Assembly (NCBI GenBank): GCA_016870995.1
Contig: VFZU01000014.1
Coordinates: forward strand, 4,815 to 68,814
Length of the DNA stretch: 64,000 nucleotides
Origin: Acidobacteriota bacterium
GTDB taxonomy: Bacteria; Acidobacteriota; Terriglobia; Bryobacterales; Bryobacteraceae
Reading direction: 5' to 3'
Shown here: in pieces, positions 28,423-36,947 of the stretch
Numbering within the stretch: position 1 is the first letter of the stretch
Layout: each line of letters begins with the position of its first letter
The notes under the pieces: model-generated
The model's database searches: none
Seen by the model: only the letters and a program-made list of their open reading frames with translations
What the model was told of the DNA's origin: nothing
Program-made: the position numbers and the translations under genes

Positions 28423-30108
28423 GTGGAACCTGTAATTCAACATTTACACACGTACTTCCTGTTCTCCTTTGCGGTGGACCGGGGAGAAGTGTTGAAACAC
28501 CACGGCAATGTCTGGCAGGGTCGCTACTGGATTGACGGTCTTGATGACTGGATCAATGCCCACCACGTTCAAGACTCTCCCATAATTGCCAACATTGGCC
28601 GCTGGCAGCGCGCTTCCTATACGCAGTTCGATCTCGAATCGCCCGCGTATCAGGACATGATCTTCTTCCACCCCTTTGTCCGGCGCATCTTTTTCGACAC
28701 TGCCGGTGTCGGCGCATCCGACAACGAAGTCGAAGCTCTCTTGCGCTGCTATCAAATCCCGCTTTCGCAAGAAAACAAGCTGTTCTTCATGGCAGAAGAT
28801 CTGCGCGAACGAGAGGCTGAGCTCGAAGTCACAGACCTGCGTCTTTTCCTGTTTGCCAACGGCATTGGAATTCTCGCCATCGGCGTGGAAGCTTTCGACA
28901 TGCCGGTCTCCAAGGCACTTTGGGTTAACGAGATGATGCGCAAGGTCTACCCAAGCTCTGGCCGTCAGTTGCGAGAAGGCCGCTCACCTTCTCGCGTTAC
29001 GCTTTCTGTCGAAACGCCCTATGGCCGAACGCAAGTCGTCGAATCGACCTTCGAAGACAGCGCCATGATTGGTTTCCTTCCGCCGGTTTCCAGCCTGATT
29101 ACTTCGCTGTTGTACTTCGCGGATTACCGGCGCGATGAGTATGAGCCGGTTCTCGACGAGCGCACCATCGTTTATTCCTATATGGCGCTCGACCCTGAGA
29201 GCGTACCGGAGAACTTTCACAAGACTGAGGATTACGACATCCTCTTCTCGCGTGCTCTTTATGTCGACCATAGCGGCGAAGACTATCGCTACGCCCGCGG
29301 CTTCACCAAACGGCTGATGGAGCAACAGGTTTATCGCCGCTGGGCTCATCAGGGCACTCTTTACGGCTTCACCAGCTACTCGAATGTCACGATGTGCTTC
29401 GGCACCTTCGACTGCGACGACCATCAACTCAGCGAAGGCTTTCTCATCCATCGCATGTTCGACTCGCGGTATTACCTGATGGCAATCATCGCGCTGTTTT
29501 ACCGCGCTACGCTGCTTGACTTCTCTGAGCGCGTCGCACTCGTGTCGCGCCGACTCTATGTCGACTTTCAGGACGCCCAGCTGTCCGATCTCAACATCGA
29601 GCGAACCAACTTGCTGCGGTATGAGTTCCTCGTTTTTTCGAACTACTGGCACTTCGACGAACTGGCCAACAAGGACGAAGAGTCGGAGCACTTCCGCATG
29701 CTCAGCACCGTGTACGACATCACTCCGATGAAGGTCGAAGTCGAGCGCGAAATCGACAAGCTCAATAGCAGCCTGCATGAGTATTACGCAGCGCGCAATA
29801 CGCAAGCCGTGAACCGTTTGGCATTTGTGTCGACCATCCTTGGTGCTGGTGCCGTCGTTACTGGCTTTTTCGGCATGAACTTTGGCAGCCACTTCGGGAA
29901 GTTGCTGTTTAACCCCAACCCCGAATCACCTTGGTTTCACTGGCTGTCCATCATCAGCGTGGCCCTGTTCTGCATGTTCGCGCTTGGAATTACCTTCTAC
30001 ATGCTGAGCCGGAACTGGAAAGACTACCGCAGCGTGTTGCGCGACGGTCAGGAAATTGCGCCTGGCGTCTCCCGCAACTCTGCAGTCCGTAAGAACGGCA
30101 AGTCATAG
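28423..30108 (+). CDS. Large CorA-superfamily membrane protein resembling CRISPR-associated CorA effectors
   Basis: About 470 aa soluble region followed by two TM helices with the CorA GMN signature (TGFFGMNF); internal motifs FFHPFV, LFANGIGIL, MRKVYP, PVLDER, YRRW...LYG. Confidence 0.8.
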   Translation: MEPVIQHLHTYFLFSFAVDRGEVLKHHGNVWQGRYWIDGLDDWINAHHVQDSPIIANIGRWQRASYTQFDLESPAYQDMIFFHPFVRRIFFDTAGVGASDNEVEALLRCYQIPLSQENKLFFMAEDLREREAELEVTDLRLFLFANGIGILAIGVEAFDMPVSKALWVNEMMRKVYPSSGRQLREGRSPSRVTLSVETPYGRTQVVESTFEDSAMIGFLPPVSSLITSLLYFADYRRDEYEPVLDERTIVYSYMALDPESVPENFHKTEDYDILFSRALYVDHSGEDYRYARGFTKRLMEQQVYRRWAHQGTLYGFTSYSNVTMCFGTFDCDDHQLSEGFLIHRMFDSRYYLMAIIALFYRATLLDFSERVALVSRRLYVDFQDAQLSDLNIERTNLLRYEFLVFSNYWHFDELANKDEESEHFRMLSTVYDITPMKVEVEREIDKLNSSLHEYYAARNTQAVNRLAFVSTILGAGAVVTGFFGMNFGSHFGKLLFNPNPESPWFHWLSIISVALFCMFALGITFYMLSRNWKDYRSVLRDGQEIAPGVSRNSAVRKNGKS

Positions 30109-31073
30109 ATCCTTCTCCAAGCCTGCCCAAACGGTCTTTCCCAAGCCAGATGCACGGTGACCCCAATGGCTACGCAGAGCAGAGTAGTCAAAATCGCGTA
30201 CGGCATTCCATGCACGCGCTCAACATACATACCCGCATACACCAACCCAATCTGTTGGCAAATGTAGATCGGATAGGAGGCATCTCCCAGGAACACCAGC
30301 AATTTCGGCATTTGAGCTGACCTCCAGGACGGAAGGACCGTACCTGCGACCACCAGCAGCGCAGGCAGCGCATATCGCTCTACACGCCATTGGTGATTCC
30401 CAAACGCAGCCTCCCAGTTAAAGCTCGGCCCAAAGGACGCACCTTGCCAGGAGAGCCAGGTCCACCAACCTAATCCCCCCAACAGCATCAGCGCACCCAA
30501 CCAACGCGGAGCAACCACCACTTTCGCCGCCTCCCCGATCGCACAACCACCAGCAAACAACAAAAGAAGTGGCCACTGATACAAACCCATTGCCAACATC
30601 ACCAGACATCCCCAGATTCCAATGCGCCTGAAGCCGAACAAAAGCAACACCGCCGTCGCCGAATAGAACCACATCTCATAAACGAGCGTCCATCCATGGA
30701 TCAAAACGGGGCCGCCGGGCTGGCGCAGAAAGACCATGCTTCGCCAAACCTGTTCGAGGGTGGGTTGATGGCCAGCTTGCGTCTTCCACTGATACTCGAT
30801 CAAAGACACCGCGTAGTAGAGCGGCACAATCTTCCAGACTCGCTTCAGCAGAAACCGGAATGGACTTGTCTCTCGCTCAGCAACGGTAGAAACAATGAAC
30901 CCACTGATCACGAAAAACACATCGACGCCAAAGATCATGCTCTTACGCCAGCTTTCGTTCTGGCACAACCAGCAGGGGTCCTTGTGCAAGGTTAAGGCGT
31001 AAAACGTGTGGTAAAAAACCACCGCTATCGCCGCCAAGGCGCGGAGCACCTGGAGTCCTTCAAGCCGCTGCAT
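30048..31073 (-). CDS. Acyltransferase family 3 (OafA-like) membrane protein
   Basis: LEGLQVLRALAAIAVVFYH, GVDVFFVISGF, FLLKRVWKIVPLY, WTLVYEMWFY, LGDASYPIY. Confidence 0.92.
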   Translation of the reverse strand: MQRLEGLQVLRALAAIAVVFYHTFYALTLHKDPCWLCQNESWRKSMIFGVDVFFVISGFIVSTVAERETSPFRFLLKRVWKIVPLYYAVSLIEYQWKTQAGHQPTLEQVWRSMVFLRQPGGPVLIHGWTLVYEMWFYSATAVLLLFGFRRIGIWGCLVMLAMGLYQWPLLLLFAGGCAIGEAAKVVVAPRWLGALMLLGGLGWWTWLSWQGASFGPSFNWEAAFGNHQWRVERYALPALLVVAGTVLPSWRSAQMPKLLVFLGDASYPIYICQQIGLVYAGMYVERVHGMPYAILTTLLCVAIGVTVHLAWERPFGQAWRRIYDLPFLRTAELRETPGAIS

Positions 31074-31079
31074 TTCCCT

Positions 31080-31103
31080 AGGATAGCCGTGATGGGGTAG
31101 AAT
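31080..31103. promoter_or_regulatory. Back-to-back -10 elements (TATCCT minus 31085-31080; TAGAAT plus 31098-31103)
   Basis: 6 nt and 8 nt from the divergent ATGs at 31073 and 31112. Confidence 0.55.
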
Positions 31104-31111
31104 AACGGTTT

Positions 31112-31243
31112 ATGGCAAAAGAGAACCTCTACAGCGCCGAATACATCGGCAGCGGAACCTTCATCATCAGCAAGCCTGGCCGCAAGAAGAAAAAGCTTCG
31201 CCAGAGCCGCGTCAAGAGCCCCCAACGCGGCGCCCGTAAGTAA
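31112..31243 (+). CDS. Small basic protein, 43 aa (unannotated)
   Basis: MAKENLYSAEYIGSGTFIISKPGRKKKKLRQSRVKSPQRGARK*; C-ending codons like its neighbours; TAGAAT 8 nt upstream; 8 nt gap to the next gene. Confidence 0.65.
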   Translation: MAKENLYSAEYIGSGTFIISKPGRKKKKLRQSRVKSPQRGARK

Positions 31244-31251
31244 TCGATCCA

Positions 31252-32568
31252 ATGACGATTAAGGAGTTGCGCCTTTACCCGCAGGCCATCGCGGATGGCC
31301 CCTTGCGCAGTTCCTACGGCCTCCACGCTCCCTACGCCCTCCGTACCATCGTTGAAGTCATCACCACTGACGGCATCACAGGAATCAGCGAGACCTATGG
31401 TGGCGAGCGCCCACTTACGGCGCTAGAGGCCGCGAAGCCTCGTGTCGTTGGGATGGACCCGTTCGACCTCACACGTTTTTGGCAGGATCTTCACGGGGAC
31501 CTCGACCGCAAAGTCGACCCCAGCGGTGCCCGCTCTCAAACGATGTTGGTGCCAGGTGAGAATCCCCTCGACGAAGCTACGCGAACATTTGCAGCGATAG
31601 AAGTAGCCTGCCTCGATGCGATCGGACAGGCGGTGAACAAGCCGCTTTGTGATCTCGCGGGCGGACGTGCTCGCGAAGCAGCTCCCTTTTCGGCCTACCT
31701 GTTTTACAAGCACGCCGGCGGCGGCGGCATGGGCGAGGACGTTCGTGACGACAAGTATGGCGAGTGCTTGAGCCCAGAGACCATCGTCGAACAGTGTCGC
31801 CGCTTCATTGCTGAGTACGGTTTCAAAGAGATCAAACTCAAGGGTGGAGTGCTCGACCCCGACGTTGAGATCGAAACCATTCGCCAGTTGCGCGTCGAGT
31901 TCGGGCCGTCGCTGCCTCTTCGCATCGACCCGAACTGCGCCTGGAGCGTTGACACCAGCGTTCGCGTCGGCCTGGCTTTGCGCGACGAACTCTCTGGCGG
32001 TGGCTATCTTGAAGACCCCTGCGCTGCGCTGGAAGGCATGGCCGAGGTGCGCAAACGCCTCCTCGCCGAAGGGGTAAAAACACTGTTTGCCTCCAACGTC
32101 GCCACCACCTGCTTCGCGCATGTTCCGCAAGCACGCGAACTCGATGCAGTTCAGATCATTTTGAGCGACCCGCACTATTGGGGTGGCATTCGCAAGCAAA
32201 AGCAGTTGAGCGAACTTTGTGAAGTGCTCGGCATGGGATTGTCCATGCATAGCAACAATCACTTGGGCGTCAGCATGATGACCATGGCTCACGCCGCCTG
32301 CGCTTCGCCGCATCTCACCCACGCCTGCGATACTCACTACCCCTGGCAGACCGAAATCGACGAAGTGATCGAAGGCGGACGCGTGGAGTTCACCGAAGGA
32401 ACGGTGCCTATCCCCAATAAGCCCGGCCTTGGCGTGAAGCTCGACTATGATCAGGTCGCCCGCGGAGTGGAACGATATCGAAAGATGCCACTTCGTAAGC
32501 GCGACGACGAAGCCGAAATGCAAAAGCACGTCGATCCGAATTGGAAGCGCATCCTCCCCCGCTGGTAG
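31252..32568 (+). CDS. Glucarate dehydratase-family enolase-superfamily enzyme
   Basis: FSAYLFYK, IKLKGG, LRIDPN, YLEDP, ILSDPHYWGG, MHSNNH, DTHYPW. Confidence 0.88.
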   Translation: MTIKELRLYPQAIADGPLRSSYGLHAPYALRTIVEVITTDGITGISETYGGERPLTALEAAKPRVVGMDPFDLTRFWQDLHGDLDRKVDPSGARSQTMLVPGENPLDEATRTFAAIEVACLDAIGQAVNKPLCDLAGGRAREAAPFSAYLFYKHAGGGGMGEDVRDDKYGECLSPETIVEQCRRFIAEYGFKEIKLKGGVLDPDVEIETIRQLRVEFGPSLPLRIDPNCAWSVDTSVRVGLALRDELSGGGYLEDPCAALEGMAEVRKRLLAEGVKTLFASNVATTCFAHVPQARELDAVQIILSDPHYWGGIRKQKQLSELCEVLGMGLSMHSNNHLGVSMMTMAHAACASPHLTHACDTHYPWQTEIDEVIEGGRVEFTEGTVPIPNKPGLGVKLDYDQVARGVERYRKMPLRKRDDEAEMQKHVDPNWKRILPRW

Positions 32569-32571
32569 TCC

Positions 32572-33597
32572 ATGCGGCTCACGGTCGTTTATCCATCTTC
32601 GAGTGAAGCTCTTGCTTCTCTCCTTCGCACTACACTTTCACGCATCGCTGCTCTCGACCTCACCTGGATCGGTACGGACGCATCTTCTTATCTGGAAGAC
32701 CTAAAGGAAGCCACCGAGGATGATGGTGCACTTCTGCTCGTGCTCAGCAATCAACTCATCGATGCCAAGCTTCCGCCTCGTCTCGCCTTCAAGCCGCTTC
32801 TGGAAAAGATCGAGCGCGAGGAGACCAGTCGGATTGGGTTGATTGAACTGGATTCCGTACAACTCCCCAGACTCCTTGAGAAGTACCCCATCACAGCTCA
32901 TGATCAAGCAACAAGATCCGCCAATAACTGGGCTTTGCACTGGCTTGGCCATAGTGTCGCGATCAAGCAGCCCTTGTGCGACACGCTGGCTCCCTTGGTC
33001 GACCACTCCACCATTGTTCAGGTGGAAGCTCTCTCCACATCGGATTGCCTGGAGCAATTACAGCCTTACTTTGAATCGATCGAAATCCTCGAAGCCCATC
33101 AACAGGCTGAACCACTGATCCAGGCTCAGCTCAATCGCATTCAACCGCAGGGCCGCATCCTTTACATCGTCGAAGGCTACCCCGCGCCGTTACCTTCAGT
33201 TCCCAAAGACGCCTCGATCCTGCACCTGCCGCACATCACAGCGCCACCGGTCGCAGACGTCACCACTCACGCTGCAAAACTCATTCCACAAATCCCTAAT
33301 GTCGAAGGCCAACCACTCCCCTTCTCGACATACCATCTGGAACATTCGCTCCCCATTTTGTTTGAGCAGAATTGGCCTCTCGCCGAGCGCCTCGCCCGCC
33401 GGGCTGGTTCATTTTTCCGCATGAATCACCGCGTCCTCGAAGCGCTGTGGCTGTACGAAACACTCCATCGCGCCGCTCTGGCCTCAGGGCAAACCACCTG
33501 CGCTGAGTTCGCTGCCAACGAGCTCGATTGGCTGCGTGCCGGTGGCAAATCGAAACAGAAATTGAGTCAAGCCACTCAGGGAAGCCTCTTTTTCTAG
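32572..33597 (+). CDS. Hypothetical protein, possible degenerate TIR-like N-terminus
   Basis: Long ORF filling the gap between two dehydratase genes; alternating beta/alpha N-terminal pattern. Confidence 0.6.
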   Translation: MRLTVVYPSSSEALASLLRTTLSRIAALDLTWIGTDASSYLEDLKEATEDDGALLLVLSNQLIDAKLPPRLAFKPLLEKIEREETSRIGLIELDSVQLPRLLEKYPITAHDQATRSANNWALHWLGHSVAIKQPLCDTLAPLVDHSTIVQVEALSTSDCLEQLQPYFESIEILEAHQQAEPLIQAQLNRIQPQGRILYIVEGYPAPLPSVPKDASILHLPHITAPPVADVTTHAAKLIPQIPNVEGQPLPFSTYHLEHSLPILFEQNWPLAERLARRAGSFFRMNHRVLEALWLYETLHRAALASGQTTCAEFAANELDWLRAGGKSKQKLSQATQGSLFF

Positions 33598-33608
33598 TAC
33601 ACTCAAAC

Positions 33609-35297
33609 GTGGTGCGAAAACTTCGTTCACTCGACTGGTTTGACTCTCGCGAATACTATTCATTTGCCCGTCGCTCCACGCTCAGAGCTCAAGGGCTCAC
33701 GCGAGCCGCAACAGAGGGCAAACCTGTCATTGGTATCTGCAACACTGCCTCCGACCTGAACCCTTGCAACCGTCACCTGACGCAGGTCTCTGAAGCTGTC
33801 AAACGTGGCGTCTGGGGAGGTGGTGGCTTCCCTTGCGAATTCCCCGTCATCAGCCTCGGCGAGATGTTCCTGAAGCCAAGCGCCATGCTCTATCGCAACC
33901 TCATGAGCATGGATGTCGAGGAGATGATTCGCGCCAATCCGCTGGATGCAGTTGTTCTGTTGGGCGGTTGTGACAAGACAATTCCGGCCCTGCTGATGGG
34001 AGCGGCTAGCGCCAACATCCCAGCTATCGTCGTACCAGGCGGGCCGATGCTGAGCGGTACTTTTCGCGGAAAGACCCTTGGCAGCGGTACGGACGGGCGC
34101 AAGCATTTCGATCTTTATCGCTCTGGCAAGCTCGACGAAGAAGACATGCAGGAACTTGAGTGTTCGATCGCACGCTCCCCGGGCCACTGCATGGTGATGG
34201 GTACTGCCTCCTCCATGGCACTTGTGGCGGAATCGCTTGGCATGACTCTCCCTGGTGCGGCAGCCTGGCCAGCGGTTGACGCCAGACGCAACGCGATTGC
34301 CGAGCAAAGTGGCACTCACGCTGTCCGCATGGCAACCCACGGTCCCACGCCATCGGAAGTTCTCACACGGCCAGCATTCGAGAACGCGATCACCGCACTG
34401 ATGGCTGCCGGAGCCTCAACGAACGCCGTAGTCCATCTACTTGCGATCGCCGGTCGCCTTGGCGTCCCACTGACGCTCGACGATTTTGAATTCATCTCTT
34501 CCAAGTCGCCATTACTGGCCGACCTCAAGCCTCACGGCCAATACCTGATGGAAGACTTCGCTTATGCAGGCGGGGCCGAGACTCTTCTAAAGTACCTGCT
34601 GCCACTGCTCAACACGGACGCCCTTACGATCACCGGCCAACCGCTCGCCAAACAACTTGCGACTCACAACACCCACGAGCAACAAGTCATTCGATCACTC
34701 AACGACCCGCTTTCGCCAGATGGCGGCATCAAGGTCCTTCGCGGCAACCTCTCTCCCAACGGCGCTCTCATCAAGACCAGTGCTGCCTCCGAGCATCTGC
34801 TCGTTACACGCGGTCGTGCCATCGTCTTCGAATCGAAGGACGAAATGCTGGAAAAGGTGAACGACGAGTCCTTTCAAGTAGCGGAGGATCAGGTTCTCAT
34901 CCTTCGCAATGCCGGACCCCACGGCGGCCCGGGCTTCCCCGAATGGGGCCAGATTCCCATGCCAAAGTCTCTGATGGTGCGCGGGGTCACCGACGTAGTT
35001 CGCATGTCCGATGCGCGCATGTCTGGTACGAGTTATGGCACCGTCGTGCTTCACATTAGCCCTGAGGCCGCGGTCGGAGGTCCACTCGCGATCGTGCAAA
35101 ATGACGACATCGTTTCACTGAACGTTCACGAGCGCGCGATTAACCTTGAGCTCTCCCAGGACACGATTTCTCAACGCCTCGCTTCCCTGCCCCCGCGCAC
35201 GCCAGCCTACACTCGCGGCTACGGCAGCCTCTTTTTGAAGCATGTTGAGCAGGCGCATCTCGGTTGCGATTTTGACTTCCTCAAACACAACCGATGA
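33609..35297 (+). CDS. IlvD/Edd family dehydratase (sugar-acid, L-arabinonate dehydratase-like)
   Basis: IGICNT, NPCNRHL, LYRNL, GGCDKT, GHCMVMGTAS, GASTNA, PGFPEWG, SDARMSGTSYG, HISPEAAVGG. GTG 33609/33612 preferred over the track start. Confidence 0.92.
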   Translation: MVRKLRSLDWFDSREYYSFARRSTLRAQGLTRAATEGKPVIGICNTASDLNPCNRHLTQVSEAVKRGVWGGGGFPCEFPVISLGEMFLKPSAMLYRNLMSMDVEEMIRANPLDAVVLLGGCDKTIPALLMGAASANIPAIVVPGGPMLSGTFRGKTLGSGTDGRKHFDLYRSGKLDEEDMQELECSIARSPGHCMVMGTASSMALVAESLGMTLPGAAAWPAVDARRNAIAEQSGTHAVRMATHGPTPSEVLTRPAFENAITALMAAGASTNAVVHLLAIAGRLGVPLTLDDFEFISSKSPLLADLKPHGQYLMEDFAYAGGAETLLKYLLPLLNTDALTITGQPLAKQLATHNTHEQQVIRSLNDPLSPDGGIKVLRGNLSPNGALIKTSAASEHLLVTRGRAIVFESKDEMLEKVNDESFQVAEDQVLILRNAGPHGGPGFPEWGQIPMPKSLMVRGVTDVVRMSDARMSGTSYGTVVLHISPEAAVGGPLAIVQNDDIVSLNVHERAINLELSQDTISQRLASLPPRTPAYTRGYGSLFLKHVEQAHLGCDFDFLKHNR

Positions 35298-36937
35298 TCT
35301 CGCGCGTCTTTGCTATCGTCGCAATTCTCGCGCTATTCCTCATTGCGAATCGCGCCGCCTTTGAAGGCTATTTCTCCGACGATGACCTCGACAACCTCAG
35401 TTGGGCCACTGTAGCCGGCATTGACTCGTTCGTTTCTGAACTCATCACCCCGGTCTTTTCCAAAACCAACACACGCCCCACCGGAGGGCTCTTCTATCGC
35501 TGGGCCGGGCATGCCTGGCAATGGCAATTCGAACGGTACCTGATCCCTCTGTTTGCACTACATTGGCTTAACTCAGTTCTCATTTTCCTGCTCCTACGCC
35601 GCAAAGACATTCCAGAATTCCCCGCAGCTGTGGCAACGCTCTTTTTTCTCTTCCACTCGGCACTGCTCGAGGCGTGGTGGAAGCCCATGTACATCTTCGA
35701 TCTTCTTGCCGCCACTTTCTGTCTGCTCACTTGGCTGCTGTACGGGACGCGCCTCTGGATTGCAGCGATAATCACCTTCTGGCTCGCCTACAAATCGAAA
35801 GAGGTGGCCCTTTTTTTTTCCATCGTTCTCGCGCTCGAGAACTGGCGTCGAGCCATTCCTTTTCTGCTCATTAGCGCAAGCTTCGGACTGCAGGCAATGC
35901 AAGTGAATACAAAGCGCGACACAGTTTACACTCTCCGCTTCACTCCAAAGGCGCTGCTGACCACAATTCCTTTCTACGGCAAGCAATTCCTGCTCAACAA
36001 ATTTGGCGCACTCCTCGTCGCGCCCATTCTTTTGTTCGCGAGGCAGCGCGAAGTCTGGATCAGCTTTGCAGGAGCGGCCGCGCTATGCATCCCGTTGCTG
36101 TTTTTGCCGGGCAGGCTCTTTAGCGTCTACCTATACGTCCCTATGCTGGCACTCATGCCCGGGCTCGCCGCAATCTTCAAGCAAATCCCCAAGCGCTCGC
36201 TCGCCGCTGGGCTGATCGCATTCATAGCCCTCGACTACATCTCGCTCAAAGAGAAGCGCAAGCTGGAACTCGCAAGCGGACACGAGACGCGTTCCTACAT
36301 CAGCCAACTGCAAGCAGCTGCCCCAATTGAAGCAATCGCCTACTTCGAAAATTCCCCCCTCAACTTTCGCCTTCACGGTATGACTGGCGCACTTCGGCTG
36401 ATCACGAAAAATCCGAATGCCAAAGTACTCAATCCGGAAGTCGAAGCCAATCGCCTTGAAGCTAAAGGCAAAGAGCTCCCCACCTTCCACTGGTTCGCGC
36501 CCAAGCAGAAACTCACCATCGCCAACCATCAATTTGGTGAGGCCAAACGCAGTGAGCTTGAATTCAAAGACCCATCTTCGGCCTGGCAACTCGTCGAAGG
36601 ATGGTTCGATCGCGAAGGCCACTTCCGCTGGGCCGCCCCGAATGCACGTCTCAACCTCAGAGCAGCCAAGGATCACACAAGGCTTCGAGTTCAGTTCAAC
36701 AACGGGCCAGTGTTTATGAATGCTGTGAAGCAACTAAACGTCACCATCCGCATCAATGGCGAAGAACTTGGCGAAGCCGCCTTCACCACGGCAGGTACGC
36801 CCATCATCGACTTCCCTCTCAAACACTCCATTGAGGGTCCTGCCCAAATCAAATTTCTTTCAAAACCAGGCTACCTTCCTCCGGGTGACGATCGCACGCT
36901 TGGTGTTGCCATCATCAGCGTCGCCCTAATTCGGTAA
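35294..36937 (+). CDS. Multi-TM membrane protein, GT-C-like glycosyltransferase candidate
   Basis: FSDDDL luminal acidic motif after TM1, many TM helices, AYKSKE motif, soluble C-terminal beta domain. Confidence 0.55.
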   Translation: MISRVFAIVAILALFLIANRAAFEGYFSDDDLDNLSWATVAGIDSFVSELITPVFSKTNTRPTGGLFYRWAGHAWQWQFERYLIPLFALHWLNSVLIFLLLRRKDIPEFPAAVATLFFLFHSALLEAWWKPMYIFDLLAATFCLLTWLLYGTRLWIAAIITFWLAYKSKEVALFFSIVLALENWRRAIPFLLISASFGLQAMQVNTKRDTVYTLRFTPKALLTTIPFYGKQFLLNKFGALLVAPILLFARQREVWISFAGAAALCIPLLFLPGRLFSVYLYVPMLALMPGLAAIFKQIPKRSLAAGLIAFIALDYISLKEKRKLELASGHETRSYISQLQAAAPIEAIAYFENSPLNFRLHGMTGALRLITKNPNAKVLNPEVEANRLEAKGKELPTFHWFAPKQKLTIANHQFGEAKRSELEFKDPSSAWQLVEGWFDREGHFRWAAPNARLNLRAAKDHTRLRVQFNNGPVFMNAVKQLNVTIRINGEELGEAAFTTAGTPIIDFPLKHSIEGPAQIKFLSKPGYLPPGDDRTLGVAIISVALIR

Positions 36938-36947
36938 GCTCATTGGA

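Noticed and set aside
31097-31120. AATAA-CGGT-TTATGG inverted-repeat-like site considered as dif
   Set aside because: The spacer is 4 nt rather than 6, and it is better explained as a -10 box plus start codon.
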